The translations under genes and the position numbers were made by a program. Below are positions 18,305-27,424 of a stretch of 64,000 nt of DNA, one piece after another. The stretch lies in contig JAJRTS010000085.1 of the NCBI GenBank assembly GCA_024278175.1, positions 59,844 to 123,843 of the forward strand. The letters are read 5' to 3'. Positions within the stretch are counted from its first letter, which is position 1, and every line of letters starts with the position of its first letter. The stretch is from Gemmatimonadales bacterium. Its GTDB lineage: Bacteria; Gemmatimonadota; Glassbacteria; GWA2-58-10. The notes under the pieces were generated by a model. The model was given only the letters and a program-made list of their open reading frames with translations. It searched no databases and was not told the origin of the DNA.

Positions 18305-19480
18305 ATGCAAATCAGTACAACCCGCTTCCTGATTCTGGCCACGGCGATAATCCTTGCATCCTCACTCACGGCACGCGCGGCGGAGCTGTTCGACCTGCCC
18401 GACGCAGTACATTCGCGCTGGATCTCGTTCGAGAATCCGAGCGGGGCCAAGGGGCAGGGCGGCCGGGAAAACGAGGGCCGCAAGGGCGCGCCCAGTCGGG
18501 TGATCAAGGCCGGTGAGCTTGTGCGCATCGCCGAGATTGAGGGTCCGGGAGTGATCCGTAGAATCTGGATGACCGTGCGGGCGGAACCGCAAATCCTGCG
18601 GGGGATGGTGATCAGGATCTACTGGGACGGCCAGCTGACACCTTCGGTCGAGGCTCCCCTGCAGGACTTTTTCGGAGTTCCGTTCGCCCGCCAGGTGCGG
18701 TTCGAGTCGGCGCTGTTCTCCAACCCGGAGGGGCGCTCGCTTAACTGCTTCATTCCGATGCCGTTTAAGGGCAAGGCCGTGGTGGAGGTGGAGAACCAGT
18801 CGCCGGTCGACTGCAACAGCCTCTTTTTCGACATCAACTACACTATCGGCGACAAGCTACCGGAGGACCTGCCCTATTTCCACGCCTACTGGAGCCGCCG
18901 GAACCCCACAGTGCCCAGGCAGGATTTCGAAATTCTGCCCCGCGTAACGGGCCGCGGGCGGTTCCTGGGCTGTAACGTGGGCATTCGCGCACTGGGTGAC
19001 TACCGAGCCGCGTGGTTCGGCGAGGGGGAGCTGAAAATCTACCTCGACGGCGACCGGGAACATCCCACCCTAGTCGGCACCGGCACGGAGGACCTGGTGG
19101 GCAGCGCCTGGGGCCTGGGACGGTTCGACCATCTTTACCAGGGTTGCCTGCTGGGGGATACCAAAAATGGACTCTGGGGGTTCTACCGCTACCACATCCC
19201 CGACCCGGTCTATTTTTACAGCGATATCCGGGTCACCCTGCAACAGATGTCCGGGGCGATGGCGGAGCGGATCAAGGAAAAAATCAAGCCGGAGAACTAC
19301 CCGGAACTGGTTGTGGGGCACGTCCGTTTCGATCCGGAAATCCACGAGGGCTGGCAGAATTTCGAGGCCCCGCAGGATCTCTGCGCCACCGCCTACTGGT
19401 ACCAGAGTCTGCCCTCGCCGGCCCTGGGACCGCTCCAGGGCTACGAGCAGAGAATGAAAGACCTGCTACTGGATGAATAA
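18305..19480 (+). CDS. secreted DUF2961-family protein (GH172-like)
   Basis: Signal peptide followed by a ~360-aa domain whose length and composition fit DUF2961. Assigned from memory of the family, not from a search. Confidence 0.5.
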   Translation: MQISTTRFLILATAIILASSLTARAAELFDLPDAVHSRWISFENPSGAKGQGGRENEGRKGAPSRVIKAGELVRIAEIEGPGVIRRIWMTVRAEPQILRGMVIRIYWDGQLTPSVEAPLQDFFGVPFARQVRFESALFSNPEGRSLNCFIPMPFKGKAVVEVENQSPVDCNSLFFDINYTIGDKLPEDLPYFHAYWSRRNPTVPRQDFEILPRVTGRGRFLGCNVGIRALGDYRAAWFGEGELKIYLDGDREHPTLVGTGTEDLVGSAWGLGRFDHLYQGCLLGDTKNGLWGFYRYHIPDPVYFYSDIRVTLQQMSGAMAERIKEKIKPENYPELVVGHVRFDPEIHEGWQNFEAPQDLCATAYWYQSLPSPALGPLQGYEQRMKDLLLDE

Positions 19481-19523
19481 ATTTTTCAGGCATTAGCAAA
19501 CGGAATGCCCCACCAATAGGTTG

Positions 19524-20051
19524 TTATTGCTTGCGATCTATATGTTGCTGTTTGGACGACTTCAGGAAGGTTTTTAGACCGGCTCGATATTCTTTGGGGG
19601 ACAGTCTTTTCCCGTTATGTGAATCAACAAAAATGGTCTGTGTTGGACCGCGCAAAAATTCAAATTTATAAGACCTATATAACAACGAGCAAAAAGAGAC
19701 ATCCATTTTATCAGCAAGCGCAAAAATGGTTTTGGGAGTATAGCCGGGGACATCGTATTCACCCCGTCTAACCTTAAAAACCATTGAGACTTTTCTCCCT
19801 TTTGGGGTATAGCCTTCTAAATAAATCTTTTGTTTAAGTGCGGTACCTTTGGGGCTTTTATTTGCGATCTCGAAGGTAATTCTTTGGTTGCGGTTGCTGT
19901 AGTCGGGGCTGGAGTGATCGGCTTCTTCCAAGATTCTAATTTCAAATTTTATTCTATTGCGGTATGAAACTACGGCATCACGAACGACTATAAAAATGGC
20001 ACCTGCTGCGGCAATGGCTGAAAAATAAAGCAACAAGCAATCATAACTCAT
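19524..20051 (-). CDS. hypothetical membrane-anchored protein (AT-rich islet)
   Basis: 175 aa, N-terminal TM helix, Lys-rich, low-GC codon usage, flanked by high-GC genes. Confidence 0.4.
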   Translation of the reverse strand: MSYDCLLLYFSAIAAAGAIFIVVRDAVVSYRNRIKFEIRILEEADHSSPDYSNRNQRITFEIANKSPKGTALKQKIYLEGYTPKGRKVSMVFKVRRGEYDVPGYTPKTIFALADKMDVSFCSLLYRSYKFEFLRGPTQTIFVDSHNGKRLSPKEYRAGLKTFLKSSKQQHIDRKQ

Positions 20052-20171
20052 TTACTGGCCCTATATTGTGTATAAAAAAGAGGGATGGTAGTAACTACCA
20101 CCCCAATTAACCAGACAGGTTGAACAAAGTCAAGAGTTGTTTATTACCATTTGCTATGACATTTCGTTAAC

Positions 20172-20214
20172 AAAAGCGGGGACAGCTGACCGGCCACTCC
20201 CGCTTTTGTTTTCT
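20172..20214. terminator. bidirectional rho-independent terminator
   Basis: Stem aagcggg/cccgctt with T-runs on both strands. Lies 14 nt beyond the stop of the 20228-21079 minus-strand gene. Confidence 0.55.
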
Positions 20215-20227
20215 TATAGGAAAAATA

Positions 20228-21079
20228 TCACTCTACGAACACGGGCGCATAGGCGAACAGTCCGGCGGTATTGAGAAACGCCCGCTCGGCCACGCCGGGA
20301 AGGTACGAGATCCCGAACGCACGCGAACCGACGATCAGCGAGACGGGCAGGGAGTCGTGACGCTGCCCGTCGAACAGGCGCTCCATGTCGCTGCGGGCCA
20401 GCAGCAGAGCACAGGCCACCGCGCCCAGGCTCTGCTCCACCCGCCGGACAACCGCCTCCAAGCTCTCCGCGCTGAACTCGACCTCCCCTATCATGGCGGG
20501 CCAGTGGTCGAAACTGCTCGCCCACTCTACCTGTCCACCGCTGAGCCTGACCACAAAACTGAAATACAGCTCCCGCCTGTCGAACACGCCCAGGATCACG
20601 TGCGAGGAGCCGGCTGCGTGGCCGGAAAAAAATCCGCTCACCTGTCCGTAGTCCAGCGGTCCCCTGTCCAGAGTGGGCTGCGGATAAATCGCGAACGATT
20701 CTCCGGCCAGGGTTCTCAACTCCTCGTTCAACCTGCTCTGGTAGCCGTATTTTTCTTCCCCGGACAGGGGCGTAAGGTTCAGCGTGTCGCACATGCGGAA
20801 ATAGCCCTGCCTGTCGGTGACAACCACCTGTTTCGCTTTGCCGCGCAGCATGGCGAAGAGTTGCCTGGCGCTCTGACGGGCATCGCGCACAGAGCGCACT
20901 TCCAAGCGCAAAGCCTCGCCGCCCAACGTCAGTTGCCGCACTATCCCCTGCTCGTGCCAGAGCACTGCCCGCGGCCGCGAGGGCGAGAGTTTTTCCAGCA
21001 GCGCCAGGAAATTCCCATATCCGGCCGGCTCGATATCGATGATTTCCATGCCCCGTGCTATCACGCGCTCACCTCCCAC
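20228..21079 (-). CDS. hypothetical protein
   Basis: 283-aa ORF with coding-like composition and no recognisable motif. Overlaps the end of the upstream GH gene. Confidence 0.45.
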   Translation of the reverse strand: MGGERVIARGMEIIDIEPAGYGNFLALLEKLSPSRPRAVLWHEQGIVRQLTLGGEALRLEVRSVRDARQSARQLFAMLRGKAKQVVVTDRQGYFRMCDTLNLTPLSGEEKYGYQSRLNEELRTLAGESFAIYPQPTLDRGPLDYGQVSGFFSGHAAGSSHVILGVFDRRELYFSFVVRLSGGQVEWASSFDHWPAMIGEVEFSAESLEAVVRRVEQSLGAVACALLLARSDMERLFDGQRHDSLPVSLIVGSRAFGISYLPGVAERAFLNTAGLFAYAPVFVE

Positions 21080-23178
21080 ACCTGCACCCGGCGGGCGGGG
21101 ATTTCGATCCTGATCTTACCCTCGCCGCTGAACGTGGAATGCTCCAGCACGTCGCGAAAATCAAACCGCCCCTGGAAAAAAATATCGGTGCGCTGCGCTC
21201 TGCCGGTGCTGTTGGCCGCGAACAACAGCATCCTGCCCGAGGAGTGAGTGTGGACGCTGAGCTCCACCCGTGGGTTGGTCCGGGTAAAGGGCAAAGCCAC
21301 CTCCAACTCTTTAAGCAGGTCACCGATCTTCAGCGGTGATTCCAGCCTGACCACTCTTTCTCTCGGCAGTGCCTGCCCGGCTTGCAGGGAATCGCCCGGC
21401 ACACCCCCGGCCCGCCCCGCCCTTTCAGCGGCTGTGGAGAACAGAGCGTCAACCCGCGGGTCCGGCTCCATCCGCTCGTTCAGCGCCGGCCGCCCCGGTC
21501 CATAGACCAGCGTGCCGCCGCAGTTCACGAACTCGCTCAACCAGGCCGCCTCATCGCTGAAAATAAAATCGACGGACGGCAGGACAGCCACCTTGTAGCG
21601 CATCAGCCTATCGGCGGCGGCTCCGGCGGTGGCGCGGTTCCAGTCGAATCCGGTATCTGCAAGCAAACCCTCCACCTGGGCGCTCCACAGCCGACAGGCA
21701 TGTACGCTTGTCTTGCCGCCCATCTCGGAGAGGCGGATAAAAGCGGCTTCCGGGCTCAGGGGAGGGCAAGCCGCGCTTGCCTCGCCGGCCGCGGCCAGCA
21801 TCGTATCGAGCGCCCTGCTGTTGAGCACTACCGCCTCGACCTTTCTGGTGAACTGCTCGAAATGGGACTCGCGAAGGAACCGGCAGACCCTGCGGCAGGC
21901 GTTGAAATAATCGCTCCGCACCCGGCCGTCGGCGCGCACGGGCGCAACCAGCCAGCCGTTGCTTTCCACCATGGACCGGCTGTCGAGTCCCTTGACCCCG
22001 TACATCAACGCCATCATCGCCACGAACTCGTTCTCCGCCGAAGATGCGATTCCCTCCAGGGCGGGAAACGCTTCCCCCCCTGTCAGAGCGCTTCCCAGCG
22101 GATAGTCGCAGCTTCCCGCGCTGACCCTGGCCACGTATTTCATCCGGGTGCGCGGGTTGTCGGCCGGAATCACACTCGGCCCGCGGGCGCTTTGCTGGCC
22201 GGGCCCGCCGGAGAGCGGCGCCGGTGCCTTGCGGATCACCGGCACTCCGGTTATCCCCCGCGCGGCCAGCATTTGCGCTACTCTGTCCAGGGCGTGGTTG
22301 TCCGCCCAGCGCCTGAAAGCAACCCATTCCAGATAGGCCGGCAGGTTGTCCAGCCTCCGCGCCATAAACTCCCGCGGGGGTTCCACCTGCTCAAAACTCT
22401 GATAGGCGGCGCCATAGACCCGGTTCAAGCTGTCGATTGACTCGTATTGCTCCGCCAGGCGGCTACGGTAGAGGGCCAGTGTGTCGGGATGGTAGTCCGT
22501 GGAGTAAGGATAATCGAGCGAGCCGAAAAAGCTCAGGGCGCTCTCGAGCATCACGGCCACAACCGGACCGCCGCCGGGGTGCAGCGTCGGCGTAAGCCGG
22601 AGGGCCAACTGGTCCAGCCAGAGGGTCAGCTCCCGGAGCAAGGCGGCGCTGTTAAGACTGGGCTGCGGATACTGCCCATCCGGCGTGTGCGCCACGGCCA
22701 CGGTATCCCGGGCGGTGCGGGCGGCCACCCGCTGGTCGAACAGCAGCCTGGCGGGAATGCCGCAGCCGGCAAGGGACGGCAGCAACGGCCCCAGGCGCAG
22801 CAACACGTTCAGTTGCCTGCCGGCCACCAGTTCGATAAACCTGATCACGTTCCGGCGAGCTTCGAGAGCGCCAAAATCGTATTGCCCGGGCGCCAGCTCA
22901 TGCTCCGACCACGGCACCGATACGCCCACCGTGTTGATCCCGATCCGGGACAATCGCTCCAGCAGGGTATCCCACAGTGACGGGTCGTAGCTCCAGTAAT
23001 CCAGCCCCGCGCTGTAGAGCGGAACGGTTTTACCGCCGATCAGCAAGCCGGACGCCGTGATGCCGACAACCGGCGGCTGGGCGGCGCCGCAATTTGCTCC
23101 GGCTCCCAGGGCCACTACCGTGCCCGCGCCGCCCAGCGCGAGCAGGAACTCTCGTCTGCTTAAACCTCGCGCGCTCAT
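21061..23178 (-). CDS. Tat-secreted GH35-like beta-galactosidase family glycoside hydrolase
   Basis: The real start is at MSARGLSRREFLLALGGAG (twin-arginine signal). GINTVGVSVPWSEHELAPGQYDFG matches the GH35 N-terminal signature (GLNxIxTYVxWNxHEPxPGxYDF). The upstream ~360 aa of the track ORF are read-through of the AEC gene region. Confidence 0.6.
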   Translation of the reverse strand: MSARGLSRREFLLALGGAGTVVALGAGANCGAAQPPVVGITASGLLIGGKTVPLYSAGLDYWSYDPSLWDTLLERLSRIGINTVGVSVPWSEHELAPGQYDFGALEARRNVIRFIELVAGRQLNVLLRLGPLLPSLAGCGIPARLLFDQRVAARTARDTVAVAHTPDGQYPQPSLNSAALLRELTLWLDQLALRLTPTLHPGGGPVVAVMLESALSFFGSLDYPYSTDYHPDTLALYRSRLAEQYESIDSLNRVYGAAYQSFEQVEPPREFMARRLDNLPAYLEWVAFRRWADNHALDRVAQMLAARGITGVPVIRKAPAPLSGGPGQQSARGPSVIPADNPRTRMKYVARVSAGSCDYPLGSALTGGEAFPALEGIASSAENEFVAMMALMYGVKGLDSRSMVESNGWLVAPVRADGRVRSDYFNACRRVCRFLRESHFEQFTRKVEAVVLNSRALDTMLAAAGEASAACPPLSPEAAFIRLSEMGGKTSVHACRLWSAQVEGLLADTGFDWNRATAGAAADRLMRYKVAVLPSVDFIFSDEAAWLSEFVNCGGTLVYGPGRPALNERMEPDPRVDALFSTAAERAGRAGGVPGDSLQAGQALPRERVVRLESPLKIGDLLKELEVALPFTRTNPRVELSVHTHSSGRMLLFAANSTGRAQRTDIFFQGRFDFRDVLEHSTFSGEGKIRIEIPARRVQVWEVSA

Positions 23179-23192
23179 CTTCCTCAACGCCT

Positions 23193-24149
23193 TCAGAGCA
23201 ACACCTCCACCAGACTGAAAAACAGCGGCATCACCAGCAGGGCGGCCAGATAGGAAATCACCAGCACGCCGCAGACCAGTTGCTCGTCGCCGCCGTAGTG
23301 GATAGCCTGCAGCGCCAGCGCCGTGGCCGGTGGAGAGGACGCTTCGAGAATCCAGAACGAGTTTTCCAGCGGCCCGCTGCTGAAGCCCGCATATTTCAGC
23401 GCCACGAACATCAACGCCGGGATCAGCACCAGCTTGAGCGCCACAACCCGCGTGGTGTCCCAAACCGACGGCAGGTGGCTCACCTTGAGCGCACCCATGG
23501 TCATGCCCAGGACAATCGTGGCCAGCGGCACGCAACTTCCTCCCACCAACTGGACCGCTCCCAGGCCGATTGCCGGCACGAACCTGTCCAGCCCGGTAAA
23601 CACCAGGCCAATCGCCAGCAGCGAGGAGTAGAACGGGGTGGTAAATACCTGGCTCAGGCTGATCCTTGTGCCTTTCCGGTGGGAGACAAGGAACTTGGCC
23701 ACGCTCCAGAGCAGCGGCATGTAACTGAGCAGCATCAGGAACAGGATCACGCTGAACTGGGTGAACCGCTCGGGAAAGAGCGCCTCGCCGATCGGCAGGA
23801 TCAGGTAGCCCGCGTTCTGGAAACTGGCCAGCGCGCTGAGCGTAAGACCACGCTCCCGGGAGCGCCAGAACACCAGCCGGGCCACCCCCAGGCTGCCCAG
23901 TGTAAGCGCGGCGCCCACCAGCGGATATTTCCACCAGTGGGGGTAGGCGGCAACGTTGAAATCCTGGATGATACTGCCGAAAATCAGGCAGGGCAGGGCC
24001 AGGTTCACCACCACCGCTGTCAGCGCCCGTGTATGACTCTCGTTGAAGACGCCGCGCCGCACCAGCCATGCCGCAACGATAATCACAATCGCGACCTTGC
24101 TCAGCGCCGTCAGCGAAGCCAGAAAAGAAGCAGCCAGCAATGAATACAA
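23193..24149 (-). CDS. AEC (auxin efflux carrier) family transporter
   Basis: 318 aa, about 10 TM helices, typical AEC/malate-permease-like composition. Confidence 0.75.
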   Translation of the reverse strand: MYSLLAASFLASLTALSKVAIVIIVAAWLVRRGVFNESHTRALTAVVVNLALPCLIFGSIIQDFNVAAYPHWWKYPLVGAALTLGSLGVARLVFWRSRERGLTLSALASFQNAGYLILPIGEALFPERFTQFSVILFLMLLSYMPLLWSVAKFLVSHRKGTRISLSQVFTTPFYSSLLAIGLVFTGLDRFVPAIGLGAVQLVGGSCVPLATIVLGMTMGALKVSHLPSVWDTTRVVALKLVLIPALMFVALKYAGFSSGPLENSFWILEASSPPATALALQAIHYGGDEQLVCGVLVISYLAALLVMPLFFSLVEVLL

Positions 24150-24370
24150 TCGTCTCTCCGCTAAGAAAAGTTATTTCACACTCCCCGGCCGTACAACTCA
24201 CCCGCCCCGCCGGATACCGGCCGCGGACACGGGCAAAGATAGTTTTTTTGCCCGCTCGATTCAAGTCATTCCCTCGCGCGAACCCCGGCTACGCTCCCCG
24301 GCGAGGGGTGAAAAACATGTTGACATCCGCCCCGGTCTGACCAATCTATAGCGACCGGGAGTTTTATCAG

Positions 24371-24462
24371 CCCGGATTATTCATAAAATATCTACTGCGG
24401 CATTGAATTCCTTGGTGTGCCACTTGTTTCACCTTGCGACGACAGTTTATGAATAATCCGGG
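24371..24462 (+). promoter_or_regulatory. 17-bp perfect inverted repeat (cccggattattcataaa … tttatgaataatccggg) with 58-nt spacer in the lpdA leader
   Basis: Read directly from the sequence. Arm 2 is followed by TTACCTGCTTTTTGTG, a U-rich tract, about 45 nt upstream of lpdA. Confidence 0.4.
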
Positions 24463-24509
24463 TTACCTGCTTTTTGTGCGGTGCGTGTGCGATTGTTGCA
24501 TAATCAAGC

Positions 24510-25919
24510 GTGGAGATTACCATGAGTGAGAGCAAAAAATTCGAGCTGATAGTGGTGGGCAGCGGACCCGGAGGCTACGTAGCCGCTATCCGCGCCAGCC
24601 AGTTGGGGCTGAAAACCGCAATCGTGGAACAGGAAAAGCTGGGGGGAGTGTGCGTGAACCGGGGTTGCATCCCCAGCAAGGCCCTGCTGCACAGCGCCGC
24701 TCTATACGAGCGGATCAAGGCTGCCGGCAAATTCGGAATAGTAGCCGGGGAGCCGTCGTACGACTGGCAAAAGGTGGTCAAGCACAGCCGTCAGAGCTCG
24801 GAGCGCACAATGCGCGGAGTGAAATTCCTGCTGAAAAAGAACGCCGTAGAGGTGTTCGAGGGCCACGCGGTGCTCCAGGGAGAAGGCCGGGTGCGCGTGG
24901 AGGGCGGGAACGAAACGACCCTGAACGCCGGCAACATTCTGCTGGCCCTGGGCGCGCGTCCCCGGATGCTGCCGGGCGTAACTGCCGACGGGGAGAAAGT
25001 GATCACCAGCCGCGAGGCCCTTCTCCTGCAACAAAGACCCGCCTCTGTCGTTATTGTGGGTGGCGGCGCGATAGGCATGGAATTCGCCTATCTGCTCTCG
25101 GCTTTCGGCACGGAAGTGACCGTGGTGGAACTGCTCGATCAGCTTCTCCCCCACGAGGACCATGAGCTGGCCGAGGAGTTGAGCATGATCTACAAAAAAC
25201 GCAGCGTGCGGATCCTGACTTCCACTGCCGTGCAGGCCGTGGACACCGGCGGCGAGGGCGTTACCGTTACGGTCCGCGCCATCGACACCGAGAGCGTGGA
25301 AAACATTGTCGCCGAGAAAGTCCTGCTCTCGGTGGGCGTTACCGGTAATATCGAGCACACCGGGCTGGCCGAGGCGGGGGTGGAGACCGACAGGGGTTTT
25401 ATCCGGGTGGACAGTTCATTCTGCACCAGCGCCGGTAACATCCGGGCTATCGGAGACTGCACGGGCGGGGTGCTGCTGGCCCACGCGGCCAGCAGCGAGG
25501 GTATTTTCGCAGTGGAGGCTATCGCCGGCAGAACACCGCAAGCGGTAACCCATGAGCAGATTCCAAGTTGCGTCTACTGCAAGCCGCAGGTGGCCAGCGT
25601 GGGGCTCACCGAGCGCGAGGCCCAAAAACGCGGGCTGGACTACTCGGTGGGACGCTTCCCGTTCAGACCACTGGGCAAGGCGGTTGCCAGCGGAGCGCAG
25701 GAGGGGTTTGTCAAGGTTATCGCCGCTAAGGGCGGTAACCTGCTGGGAGTGCATATTATCGGCGAGGAGGCCACGGAAATGATCCCCGAGGCAGCGCTGG
25801 CCGCCCGGCTCAATCTTGATGTGGCGGCCCTGGCCTCGACTGTTCATCCACACCCCACGTTCAGCGAGGCGCTGGGCGAGGCCGCCCTGGACTCGCTGGG
25901 ACGTGCGCTCCATCTATAG
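24510..25919 (+). CDS. lpdA: dihydrolipoyl dehydrogenase
   Basis: GSGPGGY FAD motif, redox-active CVNRGCIPSK, NAD-binding VVGGGAIGMEFA, C-terminal HPHPTFSE. TAG stop. Confidence 0.9.
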   Translation: MEITMSESKKFELIVVGSGPGGYVAAIRASQLGLKTAIVEQEKLGGVCVNRGCIPSKALLHSAALYERIKAAGKFGIVAGEPSYDWQKVVKHSRQSSERTMRGVKFLLKKNAVEVFEGHAVLQGEGRVRVEGGNETTLNAGNILLALGARPRMLPGVTADGEKVITSREALLLQQRPASVVIVGGGAIGMEFAYLLSAFGTEVTVVELLDQLLPHEDHELAEELSMIYKKRSVRILTSTAVQAVDTGGEGVTVTVRAIDTESVENIVAEKVLLSVGVTGNIEHTGLAEAGVETDRGFIRVDSSFCTSAGNIRAIGDCTGGVLLAHAASSEGIFAVEAIAGRTPQAVTHEQIPSCVYCKPQVASVGLTEREAQKRGLDYSVGRFPFRPLGKAVASGAQEGFVKVIAAKGGNLLGVHIIGEEATEMIPEAALAARLNLDVAALASTVHPHPTFSEALGEAALDSLGRALHL

Positions 25920-26074
25920 AGGGGCATTGATATCTTTTTTCAACGCCCTCTTGAAAATCAGTAAAAAAGACCTTTTCAAACTCAATTTTTACTGGACAAA
26001 GCAGTGGGACAATTATATTATCTTAGCCAGCTTCATTGCTAACCTCACACCGATATAGGAAAACCTCATCCCTC

Positions 26075-26431
26075 ATGCTCGATTACGTAGCGATATTCCT
26101 GACGATTATCGTAGCCGCCCTGATGGCTGGCGGTGCATTGTTGCTCAGTGCCCTGATCGGCCCCAGCCCCGCAAAAACCAAGGAAAAGGAACGTCCGTTC
26201 GAATGCGGCCTGGTCCCGATCGAGGAGCCGGGACGCCGCTTTCCGGTCCACTACTACGTTGTCGCGATTCTGTTTGTCGTTTTTGACATCGAGGTGATTT
26301 TTCTCTACCCCTGGATCGCCTCGTTCGACGAGGTGGGGCTTTACGGTTTTATCGGCGCGATGGCGTTTCTGCTGGTACTGACTTTCGGCCTGATTTACGA
26401 GTGGCTGCGCGGGGGACTCGAATGGCATTGA
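26075..26431 (+). CDS. nuoA: NADH-quinone oxidoreductase subunit A
   Basis: 3 TM helices, FECG motif. Confidence 0.85.
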   Translation: MLDYVAIFLTIIVAALMAGGALLLSALIGPSPAKTKEKERPFECGLVPIEEPGRRFPVHYYVVAILFVVFDIEVIFLYPWIASFDEVGLYGFIGAMAFLLVLTFGLIYEWLRGGLEWH

Positions 26432-26898
26432 AACCGTTACTGGGTGACGATAATTTCGTCACCACCCGACTGGACCAGGTTATCGGCTGGGCGCGCAAGT
26501 TCTCCATCTTCCCCTACCCGTTTGTCACAGCCTGCTGCGGCATGGAGTACATGTCGCTCTCGAGCAGCCACTACGATCTCGACCGTTTCGGCGCTGCGTT
26601 CCCGCGCTTCACGCCGCGCCAGGCGGACATGCTGTTCGTCGTGGGCACGATCAGCCACAAGATCGCCCCGTTGCTCAAGCGGGTTTACGAGCAGATGTGC
26701 GAGCCCAAGTGGGTAGTCGCCTTTGGCGTCTGTACCTGCACCGGCGGCTTCTACGATAATTACGCCACTGTCCAGGGAATCGATACGATTGTTCCCGTGG
26801 ACGTTTATATTCCCGGCTGTCCGCCCAGGCCCGAAACGGTGATTCAGGGCGTGATGATGCTCCAGGAGAAAATCGCCAACGGCAAACAGGATTGGTAA
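26422..26898 (+). CDS. nuoB: NADH-quinone oxidoreductase subunit B
   Basis: CCGMEY … GCPPRPE N2 Fe-S cluster motifs. Confidence 0.9.
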   Translation: MALKPLLGDDNFVTTRLDQVIGWARKFSIFPYPFVTACCGMEYMSLSSSHYDLDRFGAAFPRFTPRQADMLFVVGTISHKIAPLLKRVYEQMCEPKWVVAFGVCTCTGGFYDNYATVQGIDTIVPVDVYIPGCPPRPETVIQGVMMLQEKIANGKQDW

Positions 26899-26907
26899 CT
26901 GCACAGG

Positions 26908-27393
26908 ATGACACCAGATAACGACAACAAAACCCTGATCGCCCTGGCCGAGAAGTTCGGCGAGAGTGTGATCGAGAGCAAGATCGACCGGGGCGACGCC
27001 GTGGCGGTTATCGCTCCCGGGGCCGTGCATGATATTATCGCCTGGCTTCGCGACCAGCACGACTTCAAGATGCTCGCCGACCTGTGCGGTGTGGACTACC
27101 TGCCGCGCGAGCCCCGTTTCGAGGTGGTCTATCAGTTACACGCCATGGGCCGCGGCGAGCGGATCAGGCTGCGCGTGCAGTTAGGCGGCAAAGCTCCGGA
27201 AGTGGCCACGATCAGCGATCTCTACCCCGTGGCCGACTGGCTGGAGCGCGAGACCTGGGACATGTTCGGGATCGTGTTCGACGGGCATCCGAACCTGAAA
27301 AGAATCCTGATGTACGAGCCGTTCGAGGGCCATCCCCTGCGCCGCGACTATCCGATAGAGCGCCGTCAGCCCCTGATCGGGCCGCGCAACTGA
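26908..27393 (+). CDS. nuoC: NADH-quinone oxidoreductase subunit C
   Basis: 30-kDa subunit pattern (ERETWDMFGIVFDGHP). Confidence 0.85.
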   Translation: MTPDNDNKTLIALAEKFGESVIESKIDRGDAVAVIAPGAVHDIIAWLRDQHDFKMLADLCGVDYLPREPRFEVVYQLHAMGRGERIRLRVQLGGKAPEVATISDLYPVADWLERETWDMFGIVFDGHPNLKRILMYEPFEGHPLRRDYPIERRQPLIGPRN

Positions 27394-27424
27394 GACCGGC
27401 CTTAGCCGGAAATATGGGAAACCG

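Noticed and set aside
23179-24264. N-terminal ~360 aa of track ORF 21061-24264
   Set aside because: This part overlaps the AEC transporter gene in another frame and is low-complexity. The real GH start is the Tat-signal Met at 23176-23178, immediately after the AEC stop.
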